64,000 nt of DNA from Bilabrum cf. latius. Its lineage: Eukaryota. The notes below the pieces were generated by a model that was not told the DNA's origin, searched no databases, and saw only the letters and a program-made list of their open reading frames with translations. Location: the NCBI GenBank assembly GCA_965178125.1, contig OZ237770.1:186001-250000 (forward strand). The letters run 5' to 3'. Each line of letters starts with the position of its first letter. Position 1 is the stretch's first letter. The position numbers and the translations under genes are program-made. This document shows positions 25,903 through 38,114 of the stretch, piece by piece.

Positions 25903-27850
25903 TCACAGCAGGTCTCTGACCGTTGGGTACCCATCGCTGCTCTCCGCTGGCCTCCAAAGTGGCGCTGCAGGTTCCAGCTGCGAAAGCTAGATGCGCGGTG
26001 AGGCGGACTAGCGAGCAGCAATCGAGGCGGACACCCCCTCTATGTGTGTGGTGGATGCCGCCCCATTGGGTTGCCGCTTTGCACTCGCGTGCAGTGCACC
26101 CGGAGCACCACCTTGCAATGTATCTGATGCGCCTCGCCCAGCTTTACCTTGAGTACCAAGCACCGGCACGGAAGCTGGCGAAAACAGCCTGCCCCGGCCC
26201 GCGCCCGACCCGCATGCCGCTGTCAGCTTGTGCTCGCTAACGCTGGCTCTGATCTTGGAAGGAAATACCCTGCTCTTGGAAGCAAATGCTCTGTTCTTCG
26301 AAGGAGAGACCCTTTGGCCTGCTGGCGCCTCTCGCTTGATCAAGGCCATTCTGCTCGGCTCTGTGCTCAAGTACATTGGAGGTCCGGGCCGGGGCTGCAT
26401 TCCTGTCTCTGGCATGGTCCGGGGTCCAGAGGTGGGCCCCATTACCATGAGTGGCAGCTTTAGGATCGTACTCGTGGTTGGGAAGTCCTTCCGGTCCCTG
26501 GTCTCGCCAGAGCAAGCAGCTGCTCCTGCTCCTGCTCCTTCTTTTGCTCGTTCTGGTGAGGCACGCCTCTGGTATCTTGCGGTGGCAGGGAATTTTTCGG
26601 CCAATTTTACCGATGGTGCTGTTTTCCCCTAGTGTTTGCTGGCTTGGCGCCCACCACTGGCCGCGTGGCTGCCTGCGTCGGCATGCCCTCCCGCAGTAGA
26701 GGCACGGCTCGAGCCGCTGCAGGACGAGGGAGCCTTTGTGTGAAGATATACATGGCCAGCTGCAGTCGCGAATAGAAGCTTGTCCATGTCCAGCGATATT
26801 CCCTTTGGTGCAAACGGAAGGCCCGTTGCCGGTGCGGCGTTGGTGCATCGGTCGTCTGTGCAGCCTGATCCCCCCGGTTGGAGAATAAGCCCATCCTCCG
26901 AGTCATCCAACGCTCCTGCTGATCGCAACGACTTCGTGCTGCATGCAATACCGTCTAAAACGCAATAGCTAGATTTGCCGAGGTCTAGCATCATGGCTGC
27001 GTGCCTATCTAATGATGACATCGTGACTTCCATGAAAGCTTCTTTTACAGACTCAACCACCCAAATACAACCAGACATGGCATCGAACACAGAGCCGTCG
27101 CCATGTGCCTGAATCCACCGATGGATTTGTCCACCAGCGGAGACACACAACGAATTCTCCATGTCTTACCGGTGGACAAATCCATCGGTGGATTCAGGCA
27201 CATGGCGACGGCTCTGTGTTCGATGCCATGTCGCAGAGCCATCCTCATCGCACAGACGCTTATCATCTCATTTGACGTCAACAACGAATCAGACTCTGTC
27301 TCCTTAATACCAAATGCAGCTACGACGCTTCGGCTGCTCGGTGCGACGTCCTGCGAATCAACAATGCAAAGTAAGCAACGAATACTTGACTGCATGGCAC
27401 GACATGTGATTCAGATGGGCTACGCTAGCATCGCACATTTGCTATTCGATCAACAAAGCCGACTGTGAACGCCTCAACACTCGCCCCCGCGTTGTACAAT
27501 GATGTGATTGAATCCGTCAAACTAGCATGCAAGTGAGCATTAAAGTATATATCCACTCCAGTTCTTACGATTGGGTCCACCACTTCTTTGCGCCGCATCG
27601 GCATCATCGTGCGGCCGCCGGAGTAATCGGGATGATTTGGCCATTGTACTCGTGTTCATCGGACCAACGGATGTCCACACTACAACAATAAGAGATAAAA
27701 TGGGTCATTATTGAACAAGGTCCGGAAACTGCTAAAGCACGGGCTGAACTGAGGCCGACAGGCCAATAGCTGAAGTGCTTGCGTCCGTCCTCACACAATT
27801 CTGTTCGTTTACGCAACTGATACCCCGTATGGTACTGGTGCGGCACAATT
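25903..27850 (-). CDS. Hypothetical multi-exon protein; exon structure unresolved
   Basis: ORFs 26629-27162 and 26008-26604 are in one frame joined by TAG and continue to TGA at 25903. Upstream ORF pieces have GTAAG-type donors. Confidence 0.35.
27074..27232. repeat. Perfect 62-bp inverted repeat with a 35-nt spacer
   Basis: 27074-27135 is the exact reverse complement of 27171-27232. Confidence 0.95.
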
Positions 27851-28109
27851 TAACCTGAATAGGTACAGATAAAAGATGCAGTGGTCTTGCCAGGCACTCA
27901 ACTCTGCGATTCACTCGTTGTTCGGCTTGGTTCTTAATTCTGCAAACCGTGTCATGGAGAGCCGATTTGGGAGAGGGGGGGGGTATTTTTTATCATCTAC
28001 TTCGTTCCATGTTCGCTTTGCTTGCTTGCTTCTACCGCTGGGCACGTCCCCCAAAATCGAGTCAAATAGACTGCCACAGGCCCTTGTATGCCAGCGTCGA
28101 GCCGCTAAT

Positions 28110-31100
28110 TCAGCCCAGCCGCCCCCGCAGCGCACTCGCACCGCCGCCGCTCCCACCCCCGGGAGCACCACCAGACAGCGCACCCCCACCCCCGATCGCG
28201 GCCATCCCCGCCCGTAGATTCCGCATGAACAGGGCGTACGACGTAGTCTGGATGTACCGGAGCGCCGATTCCGCGTTCCTGTAGTCTCCCAGGTCCACTC
28301 GAAGCCTTCCCGAGATGTCCAGTACCGCGGTGGGCCGAGGGAAGAGCTTCTGCGGGTACATGGGCAGGACGGGCGCGCTACCCATGCAGGCAGCCACGTG
28401 CATGAAGATGAAGAAAAACGCGATGAAGACCACGCAGGACCGGAAGGCTGGCAGGAACGGTGTCTTGCACATCCCGCACGTACCATCGGGTGCGTTGGGC
28501 ACCGCGCTAGCCAGCACTGAAGCGTAGTCTTCCGTGATCGTTGTTCCCCGCTTGTCCATGGACTCGGAGCCGCTTGCCGTGCCGAAGATGTTGATGGCAT
28601 TCTGGAAGCCAGTGGCCTGGTCCGGTGGAAGTGTTCCCTGGTTGGCGATGGTCTGGAGGTCTGCGAACGTCTGGGTGCAGCTGTACGGCAGCTTGCGGTT
28701 GGGCTCATCGTACTTGCTGGTGCTTGGCCCGGGGGTGGCCAGAGGGGGAGGGGTGGCCAAAGGCGACTGGGAAGAGGACCCGCCGGAGGAAGCGCCCTGC
28801 GTCCGGCGGCCCGACGACTGGGGTGAGGCATCTTTCTGCTCCGATCGAATGACCTCAGCGAGCGAGGGGTACACCTCGACGACTCCGCTGGGATTGAACG
28901 CCTCGGGCGAGTTCACGACGTCCCACGCGTCTCCCCAGGGGTTCACCACCCACATGGTCGTTCCACTCGTCACACCGTCCAGCACCAGGGTGACAATTTC
29001 GGCCGCGACCAACACGCGGCTGCGGGCACCGGCCACAGCGAGCATCATCCCGTTGGTGGCCCGCACGGTGGATTCCAGGGGGTCTGTGACGAGTGCACCG
29101 ACAGCTGTCACGGCGTGACGCGGCGCGCTGTAGAGCGCCCCCGCAGCCGCCCACAAGTCCTCCCCCAGCGAAACACTCGTCACACCATCGACAATCCCGT
29201 CTTCCTCGGCGGCTGCACTGGTCGAGGCGGTGGATGGGGCGTCATTCAGGGCGGACTGGGGGTACCCAGCTGCGTCCAGTCTCCTGCGAGGCGTTGGACC
29301 ATCATCGTCATTACCGCCGTCGATGAGGTTGTGGACGGCGCGGACAGCCGGCACCTCGGGCTCGTACACGTCCGTGTCAGAAGGGCACTTCTGATACGGG
29401 TCGTAGAACTGGCAGTTGAGGCGGGCCCAGCCCCACTGCGCCTGCCACTTGCACACCTTCACGTCGCTGCCACCTCCTGCAATCAGCTCGTTGGAGCCAT
29501 TGTGGTCTAGGTATGCCATGGTCACCGCGCACGACAAGAAACCGGGGAGCACGAGGAGGATGCACGCGAGCGAGAACAGCACGGTCCGCATTGACAGCCC
29601 CATGAACAAGGGCATGCCGCCCTGCACGTGGAACTCCGTCTCTTCACGCTCTTTTTCGCTCCGGATTGCCAGGGCCGTCGTCTCTTGCGCCAGGCCGTCC
29701 GCGTGCTGCTGCAGGTAGGCGGATGCCGCGGCCTCCCCCTTGGCCGCTTTCTCTCTCAGCAGCAAGTCCTGGTTCTCGGGGATGTCTTCGACGTCGGAGC
29801 CTCCCAGTCTGGAGGGAGGGGAGGAGGCCTTGTACCACCACTCGATCGTCCAAGCGGTCCACTTGATGTCAGCCGGGGAGAAACCGGCGGCGTTGTAGCC
29901 GCCCGGGCAGCAGCACGCGAAGCCTCGGCAGAGGCAGGCAAGCGGCGCGCACATCCCGCAGTAGCTGATGGGGCAGCACAGCCCCTGCCCGTCGCTGGCC
30001 CTGCACAGCGGGATGGTCGTGCCAAACCCGCACCCGCAGAATGGATCCAATTCCGAGTCCTTAGTGATGCGCCTGCGTGCCCTGCGGTAAGCCCTCCGGT
30101 CGGCGATGCAGCAGTCGTTGTACCACGTGTTCCCCAGGATCCAGAGGGTCAGCAGTGTGACGACGACGGCGAATATGCCCGCGGCGGCAGCCAGGGTCCG
30201 CTTGGACTTGCGACCGGGCTCGATGGCCACAAAGGCCGTGATGAGCGTGATCCAGGACAGGAGGAAGAGGAGCAGGAAGGACGGCTGGGACACGATGTAC
30301 CTGCAGCACCACGAGTTCGCGGCACCGTATGCAGCCTCCATCGCGTTGTTGTACCACTCCCCATGGTACTCCTGCACGCTGGCGCTCCGTACCTCCCTGA
30401 GGGGCAGCACCCGCACGGTGACGTTTCCGGACTTGTCGATGGACCGGTGGGTGATGGTCAGGTCGTCAACCTCTAGCTCCTCGGTTGTGGTGGCCGTCTT
30501 GTGCCTCCATAGGTTCTTCCTGCGGCCCTCCTCGTCGAAGGGGACGCCGATCTCCACGGACTGGTGCCGGGTTGGCGCCGGGGTGGCGATCCCTGCGAGA
30601 GGGGGGCGGCTGGAGTGGTGCAGTGTAGTGCGATGCAGTATAGTGCGATGCAGATGTAGGGGACAAGGACAAAGTAAGAGGAGGACAAGAGAGACAATGA
30701 GAGGCAGCAATCGATTGCTCCACGCAAATTTGCCGAGCTAAATTTGGTGGGTGCTACACCTCGGTGCCATCGGTGTGCCAGCGACCATCGCACAAAACCA
30801 CGATCGATTGCGACCGGAATCTTGCACTGCGAGCCGAGGCGACTTATTCTATGGCTACACATCGGAGACAAAATCTCACCTCGTGTGGTAGGCGGCTGGT
30901 ATGTGAACACGAAATCGTCGTGCTCATCCATATACTGCCTCAGCCACTTGGCCTGCCACTGCCGCGTGGCGGGCATGTCGGAGCGAATGAAGGCCGAATC
31001 GGGGTCGATGACCGATTCCTAGCGAGCCGCACGCGCTGCTGCCTGTAAAGCGGCGGGGGAGCCACCGGCGGGAACAGCGCCGCCTTTCCCAGAGGCCGGA

Positions 31101-31400
31101 GGGAGTCTGGCGACCGTGCTGGAATCCGGCGCTGTGCTCGCTCCGCCTGCCTGGTCCTTCATGCGATCGTCGCTGCCGGAATCAGGAGGCTAAAAGGAAG
31201 GAACCGCACCTGTGTCGGTGCGGAATTGGTCTGAAAATCCGGGGCCGCCCGTCTGCTGCCCGCCAGTGATTGAACCATAAGGCTGTGCCGACAAGCCTGG
31301 GGCATGCCCTCCTGCCGCCGAAGCCGATGGAGTGCTACCAGATGCATTAAGTGGATAGCTTGATTCAGATGCAGCTTGCTGCGAAGAGTTCAAGGGCACA
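28110..31400 (-). CDS. Uncharacterised Cys-rich multi-pass membrane protein, paralog B
   Basis: Intron 30879-30593 sits at the same position as paralog A intron 2. The upstream exon is open through 2 TAGs to ~31410. True start uncertain (an in-frame ATG is at 31162). Ends TGA. Confidence 0.75.
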
Positions 31401-31903
31401 GGAGAGTGAACTAGATCGGCGAATCAATGGTTCTTGGCTTCAACTTGTGGTGTTCGGCTGTTCTCTTCCCTTATGCAGATGCTGGTCATTGGTGTCTGTC
31501 CTCATAACAAAACATGCTACTTTACTCTAGAGAAAATACCACGAAAAACGCGGTACAGAGCTGAAGTGAGGCCATAGGAGGGTTGATAAGCGCCAACGGC
31601 GCCTGTCACTTGAGACAGCCAAATCAAACCACCAACAATGGACATCATACGAGGTTCCCTGGCGCGCATCAGGAAGTACTTACAAGTGGATTCGCCATCA
31701 CATTGCCATCGCCTCCCGATGACATGATATCCACGCCAGGCACGCTGATTGGCGTTCTGGGTCTGACCGGCGCAAGATTTTGGGGTAGCCCCGAAAACTG
31801 GTTGCAACCGCTGCCAGTGTGTGCCTGGTGCTGCGATGGTGCGCACCGCTAAGGCCCCACGATGTATAATACTAAGAATGTCATGCAAAACTAGTTCAAA
31901 TCT

Positions 31904-33524
31904 TCAGCCAACTGGTTTCCCAGCAGAACTAACATCTGCCCCGCCAGTTGCAGCTCCCTCCTGGCCCGCCTTCAACGCAGAATCGACGACATACGCCGTG
32001 GCATCCACCCCATCCACCTCGGGTGGCCTCAGCAATTCGTCCGCACTTTCCAGGATCCTCAGCTCTGGTGGGGGTTCGCGCCGCAATGCAATGCGCTTGG
32101 CGTCCGCCGCGAGTCTTGCAACATCCGCATCTTCACTCGCTTCCTCATGCGACGCACTTTCATGCGATGCACCTGCAGACGCAGCTCCATCAGCAGAGGG
32201 GAGCAACCCGGCGGATCGCAGGATGTTCCTCCCTTGTTCCCTAGCTTTCTGCTCCGACCCCGCCGCGCTCATCGTCCTGCGGCAGACGGCGTTCACGGAT
32301 CGGATCACGTCCACGCACGCGGAACATAGTTTCCCCGGCTGCTTGGACCACTGTGCCACGAGCAGCGCAGCAGTTAGATCCCCTGTGCCCGTGTATGACC
32401 CTTCCAACCGTGGGATGGTCACGGTGAAGCGAGCACGCGGCCCATCGCCCCACCCCGTCTCCCAGACGGCACCTCGATCGCCTTCGACCTCTTCTGCAGT
32501 GGTTGGGCGTGGGAATTTATAATTACAAGTATTGTTTTCGCACTTCAAAATAATGTGAACCATGGACACTTGGCCGAAGGAACTTTCCGGCATTCGAGAC
32601 TCGCTGCACGCATGGTATGGTACGTGCACATGTTCGCAGCATAGACTAAAACGATTGCTCACCCCACGGACAGGAGACGAGCATGAGCATGTGGCCGCTC
32701 TGCCCGGCTGGCAGGTTGGAAGAGGTTACGACCACTGTAGAAGGGCCGCCATCGTGCAATGCATCCACGGCACTGAATGCATCCTCCAACGTGTCCGTAG
32801 ACATCCCAGTGAGCAGTCTGCGGTGCCCAGTTACCTTAAAATGACAAGTCACGATGCCCGGAAGATGGGGGGAACACATGACAATGGTGCGCCACAAGAG
32901 GCGCGAACTGAACTTGGCCTTTGGCTGTCGATGCCAAGCACACATGTCTCACCCCAATTCGAATTGATTCGGCGTCATCACCGTTGCAACCGGCGCCACC
33001 TTGTCTCTATACAGAGCCACTAGTTCCTTGGGCACGTAAAGGTGCCCGTCGTCGCCGAGCACTGGGTCGCATACGTATCTCATCGAGGGCCGGACGGCAC
33101 GGATCTGCTTTACGACATCCAGGACCCGCATCAGGAATGATTCTGATCGTATGTATCCAGTGATAAGGTACGAATACCACGCCAGCTGCCCATTTCTGCG
33201 CAAACCTCCAATCAGGGTATCCAGCTCGTCTCCCTCCAGCACGCTGCCTGGAAAGTCGCCATACCCAGCATGGTGACTGTACTGAACCGAATTCAAGGCG
33301 GATACGTTTATACCATGCAGCTAAAGTGGGAAGGTTGCACTTCGGTTGCCGACGTATCCAAACACTCTGCGAGACGCAACACATCATTCTACACCATTTA
33401 GTATCAATCGACTAGCGTGCTATGGATGCATCATGTATGTACCATCTTACACATGGGACTATATAGCAAGACAGTGCAACTAATCAAGCTCCAATTCACT
33501 CGTCGCGTCCTTCACGGCCGCCAT
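31904..33524 (-). CDS. PDXK: Pyridoxal kinase
   Basis: LAI[TAG]SHV|VFGYVGNRSATFPL[TAG]LHG, NSVQYSHHAGY, LITGY, YVCDPVLGDDGHLYV, TPNQFEL, YTGTGDLTAALL. At least 3 introns, the first at 33450-33367. Confidence 0.92.
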
Positions 33525-33627
33525 ATTATTGTAGTTGCACCGAAGAGTTCATTGAACCAATCCCGAACGTTCGTCTGGCCGTCACTTGCTTAGAATCATT
33601 TATCGAGCCCTGTAGCAGATTATCGTT

Positions 33628-35897
33628 ATGATGGGTGCGGTCGGTGTACTTGTGGCTATTCATATAATAACTGGAGCTTGTGCGAGCGCAAAACCAAACT
33701 TTGTGATGATTCTAGCGGGTAAGCAACACGTATGAATATCTGCTCATTCCTTGCGTTCGACTTTGACATGATTTATGAAGTACGAATCGCAACCTGTATT
33801 TGGCTTCGACTCGCAGATGACCTAGGGTGGTTCAACGTCGGATGGAACGGGAACACGCTGATGAAAACCCCATTCATGGACAAGCTCGTAGCCCAAGAGT
33901 CTCTACGGCTCGATCAGGCCTACGCCTACAAATACTGCTCGCGTGAGTACAGTTCGTTTGCCTGTTTTCCAGAGTGGTACCATTAGATGTAATAATCGAC
34001 GATGTTTTAGTGCTAGCGCAATTGTGCATGCTCGCAGCCACCAGGCGTTCGTTCATGACGGGCCGGCTGCCGAACCACGTCGGGATCAAGAACGATCTCG
34101 AAAACGCGACCATTGACTCGAGGTTTGACACGATACAACAAAAATTGAAACGGGAAGCAGGCTATGCCACGGGCATGTCGGGAAAATGGTGAGCGGACCC
34201 GTGTATGACGGGTCTATCCGGATCAAGGGTCTGCAATCAACCGGACTGATGGCGTCTAATCGTAAGCAATTGCGAGTCATCTTCTGTTTTTATCGTTTGT
34301 TGGTGCAGGCACGCGGGCTGCTACACGATGGCCCAGGTCCCGACGGGTCGTGGATTCGACACATCCATCGGGTACTTTCAGGGCATGGAGGACCATTACC
34401 TGCACAATTTCACGGCCTGCAACAACGCCATTGACCTTTGGGACTCGTACGATCCGAGTCCATTCAACCTGACCGGCACGTTCGGCGACTACCTCTATGT
34501 GGATAGGGCCGTGGACACGATCCGCAAGCACGACCAAAGCAAGCCACTGTTCTACTACCTGGCCCTGCAGGTGAGACATCGCGGAGGAGCTTCCCTTGCG
34601 TGGACATTCGTGTGTTTCACCTTGGGACCGGTCAAAACCTACCAATGCGAGCCTCACAACCTAGCAACTCGCGCTTGTAACGGGCTGTTCCCGACTCGAG
34701 CGCAGTACGGTGCAATGGCGCAACCCGTGCTTTCACATCGTCCTTACCAAACTACTAATGTGATATAACCGCACAACTTAGTCCTGCTTCTGTCGCAGGT
34801 GGCCCACAAGCCCAACGAGGCGCCCCCTCGCAACATGGCGGAGTACCCGCCAAGCGTGCCATCGCAGTCGTATTACGCGATGAGTTCGGTTGTCGATGAG
34901 GCTGTTGCAAATGTGACGAATGCACTCAAAGAGGTCGGTATGTGGGACAATACACTGGTGGTGTTCTCGTCCGATAACGGTGAGGCATATTATTCGCAGT
35001 GTTGTCGATCGGAGCTCCAGAACGGAAGGAGGGCTACCAACCGCGTAGCGTGCCCCATTGACCGTAGCCCCCTTTGAGCATATCCATGGCCTACAGCCTC
35101 GCCCTGTTTCCTCTACATTCCACTCCTCTAATTTCTACGCCACACCGCGCAACACTGCAGGCGGGCCCGCGTTTGCCGGTACCTCTACCGCGAGCAACTA
35201 CCCCCAGCGCGGGTCCAAATTTGGGGACTGGCAGGGGGGCGTGCAGGTGGCTTCATTCGTCACAGGGGGTATCCTACCCAGGGAGCAGCGGGGCAGGGCC
35301 ACGAACGCCACCGTTCACATCGCGGACTACTTTGCCACCTTCTCCAAGCTGGCGGGAATCGATCCCGGGAGCGGTCTCGCGGAGCCCAGCGCCGATGCCT
35401 GGCAACGCATCAACCTGGACTCGGAGTCAAAAAACGAAGGGGCTGTCCCTCCTCTCGACTCCGTGAACTAGTGGCCCGTCCTCAGCGGGCAGACAGGCCA
35501 GCCCGCCCGCACTGAGACGTACCTCACCGAGAACGCCGTGATGAGAGGCCCATGGAAGCTGATCCAGGGCAAGGGGAAGAAGCAGCTCGGTGACGCGCAG
35601 TGGTCGGGGCCGTTGTACCCCAAGGTGCCTGCGAACGGAACGGCTGCAGCGGACTGCAGTGCAGGGTGCCTGTACCACGTGCTGGATGACCCAAGGGAGG
35701 AGCACGATCTGGCCAACGAGCAGCCGGGCGAGGTCAAGGAGCTGATGGACCTGTTAAATAGTTACAGGCAGACGAACTTCGAGCCGCAGGTGCCCAGTGT
35801 GAGCATCGAGGAGGTGTGCGCCAAGACGGCCAAGAACGGTGGCAGGCTCACGCCGGCAGATTGGAATGAGAGTCGGCAGAGTAGCGCCGAAGAGTAA
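33628..35897 (+). CDS. Secreted/lysosomal arylsulfatase, ARSB/ARSI/ARSJ-like
   Basis: Signal peptide, KPNFVMILA|DDLGW, formylglycine motif CS|PTRRSFMTGR, GKW|HAG, RGFD, SSDNG. Five GT-AG introns. One TAG in VN[TAG]WPVL. Ends TAA. Confidence 0.9.
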
Positions 35898-36912
35898 CCC
35901 AAAGTAGTCTTTCGCATGATCCCACACCAGACGATCCGAATTGTCGAATCCCGAAACCATCGATGGATAGTGGCGCGATAGCGATCAGCAATCACGCGTC
36001 TTCGGCAACTCCTTGCACTAGCAAGTGCAACCAAGTTGCAATTGCGGGCAACAGTACTCACAATAATGACACGGTCCCTACAGCCCTAATACATCCAATT
36101 AAGAATCTCCACCACAAGCCATAATTCGGATAGATCCTGCGCCGTAATTCCAATATTTACGGCACGGGATCTGCGGCTGTGGAGAAGACGACGCCAGTGA
36201 AACGGGTGCCACGCAGTCAGCAAGCTTACCAGATGGGCATTGCAGCGTATACCGTTTCCATAAATAGTTAAGAACTTCCCACATAAAGCGGAAGAACTCT
36301 TGACGCCATGTCAACCCTACGCAAGGGGCCAATCAACTGGAGGGAGGTGGAACCTGCGCAGTCCACAAATCGTAAGATTCAAAGCGATCACTCGGTTTAG
36401 TTCTATATTCTGACATACATGTATACATTATAGCGACCGTATATAGTGTAGCTACCCGTAGGCTGCAAGAAGCGTGGCGCCTGCCGATAACTAGGATCAT
36501 TGCCAATTGCCACCTTCAGATTATCGGTGTCAACTGGGTTAAGCAATCAACCGAACACAAACAAAAATGAAGTGAGTCTTGGAACGTGTTCATCTTCTTT
36601 GTGTCTATGTTCCTGGTAGTAAGAGCACTGAGATCACACGTTGTACACAGCACCCTAATCTCGCAGACAGTCACACATGGTTGCAGTTGGTTTCCTCCGA
36701 GAGCCCATCCTCAAAGTTACCACACTCGTCACACATGCCCAACCCACACCTGCCCGGCCTGTGCCTCCCCCTTCCTATCCGCCTCATCAACCCAGTGACC
36801 CCACCGATCATCTTCTCCTCCACCATTTCCTCCCCGTCCCGTTGAACCGTCGTCCCCCCCTCCCTTTGCTCTACCCTCCCCCCCCTAGCTGCCCTCTCTC
36901 TCTCTCTCTCTC

Positions 36913-37219
36913 GCTTGCGGAGCCCATGGCGTGAGCTTGCTGATCCGTTCGACCTGCCCAGTGCGATTGCCTCTTGGGGTGGTCGTTGTAGTTGGGTAGT
37001 GTGTGCTTTGACTCAGACATATTATATTCTCTCTCTCTCGCACTTGCTGATCCGTTCGACCTGCCCAGCGCGATTGCCTCTTGGGGTGGTCGTTGTAGTT
37101 GGGTAGTGTGTGCTTTGACTCAGACATATTATATTCTCTCTCGCACTCGATTGCCTCTTGGGGTGGTCGTTGTATTTGGGTAGTGTGTGCTTTGACTCAG
37201 ACATATTATATTCTCTCTC
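36913..37219 (+). mobile_element. Three head-to-tail, progressively 5'-truncated 3' ends of element B at a (TC)n microsatellite
   Basis: Copies start at 36913, 37043 and 37148 and nearly match 16984-17105. Each ends ...GACATATTATATT(CT)nC and is followed by the same flank GCACT. A (CT)~10 tract lies at 36894-36912. Confidence 0.85.
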
Positions 37220-37499
37220 GCACTCCTCCGCATCGCTACGTCGCATCTGAGCCTGCTCCTCGAGCGGGTCCTGCGCCCACCGAGCGACCTCAATCTCAGA
37301 GACCTTGCTGGCCTCACCAACAATTTCCGAAGCTTGCCTGCCACAACATGCACGAGTAGAATTATTATCGCACTGTTTGCGTGTAGATACTTTTATTGGA
37401 TTATAACCTTATGCCTTGCTAACATTTTGAGTTCTTCACGTCATGTTAAGTCTTTGCAGACAAAGCAAAGCCTCCAAATAATCTGGAATCCGTTCGGCA

Positions 37500-37953
37500 T
37501 CACGCATCTTCAGCAGCTCCCTTCATGAACCGGTTGCACTTGCTGGCAACAGCATGCGCGACCATGTTACGGGTTGTCGTAATCTTGGGCTCTTTGGTAA
37601 GCCAATCTGAAAATGCATCCTGTATCGCAGAAAATCCGGATGGGGGACATACTCCAGGATTGCGCGTGCGACACCATAAGGTATATGTTGGAAGGCATCG
37701 GGAACGAATGCGCTATGAAGCTCACCAGAATTTCTTTGCTGCTCATACCATCTTCGTAAAATGTCATGAACTTGCCGCAGAGGGCAGCAGCGCTTTTGAT
37801 TCCAAGACCCTCGAGCGCGGCGGCTCCAACAAGACCGATCCCCGGGACCGCTTGAAGCGAGTCTGAGCCAGCTGCCGACTTCAAGTCATATACAACGAAC
37901 CCATCAAGAGTGGCCTTAGTGGCTTTTGTTGCAGACGAACTGTATCCTGCCAT
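37500..37953 (-). CDS. Small barrier-to-autointegration factor (BAF)-like helix-hairpin-helix protein (~115 aa)
   Basis: LQAVPGIG...LEGLGI....LCGKFM, then after intron 37725-37620 DAFSDWL...AHAVASKC. The pattern resembles BAF (LAGIG..LG.KL...G...AY.VLGQFL...F.EWL). Confidence 0.6.
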
Positions 37954-38114
37954 CCTTGTGTTTATACTATACGTATGGGTCGAGCCAAGTAGGAGTCCGG
38001 TTGGATCTTTGACGATTTATCAGATCTTGAAAAGAACGTTCGTTGGAGTTCATTGCATATGAGTGAAAAACAATTAGAACAAACACCCGCATTTCAACAG
38101 GTTCGCAAATACCA

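Noticed and set aside
36099-36332. Short minus-strand ORF
   Set aside because: No recognisable motif and no supportable start or splice structure.
36913-37219. CRISPR-like array
   Set aside because: There are no unique spacers, the units are nested truncations of a dispersed element, and the context is eukaryotic.
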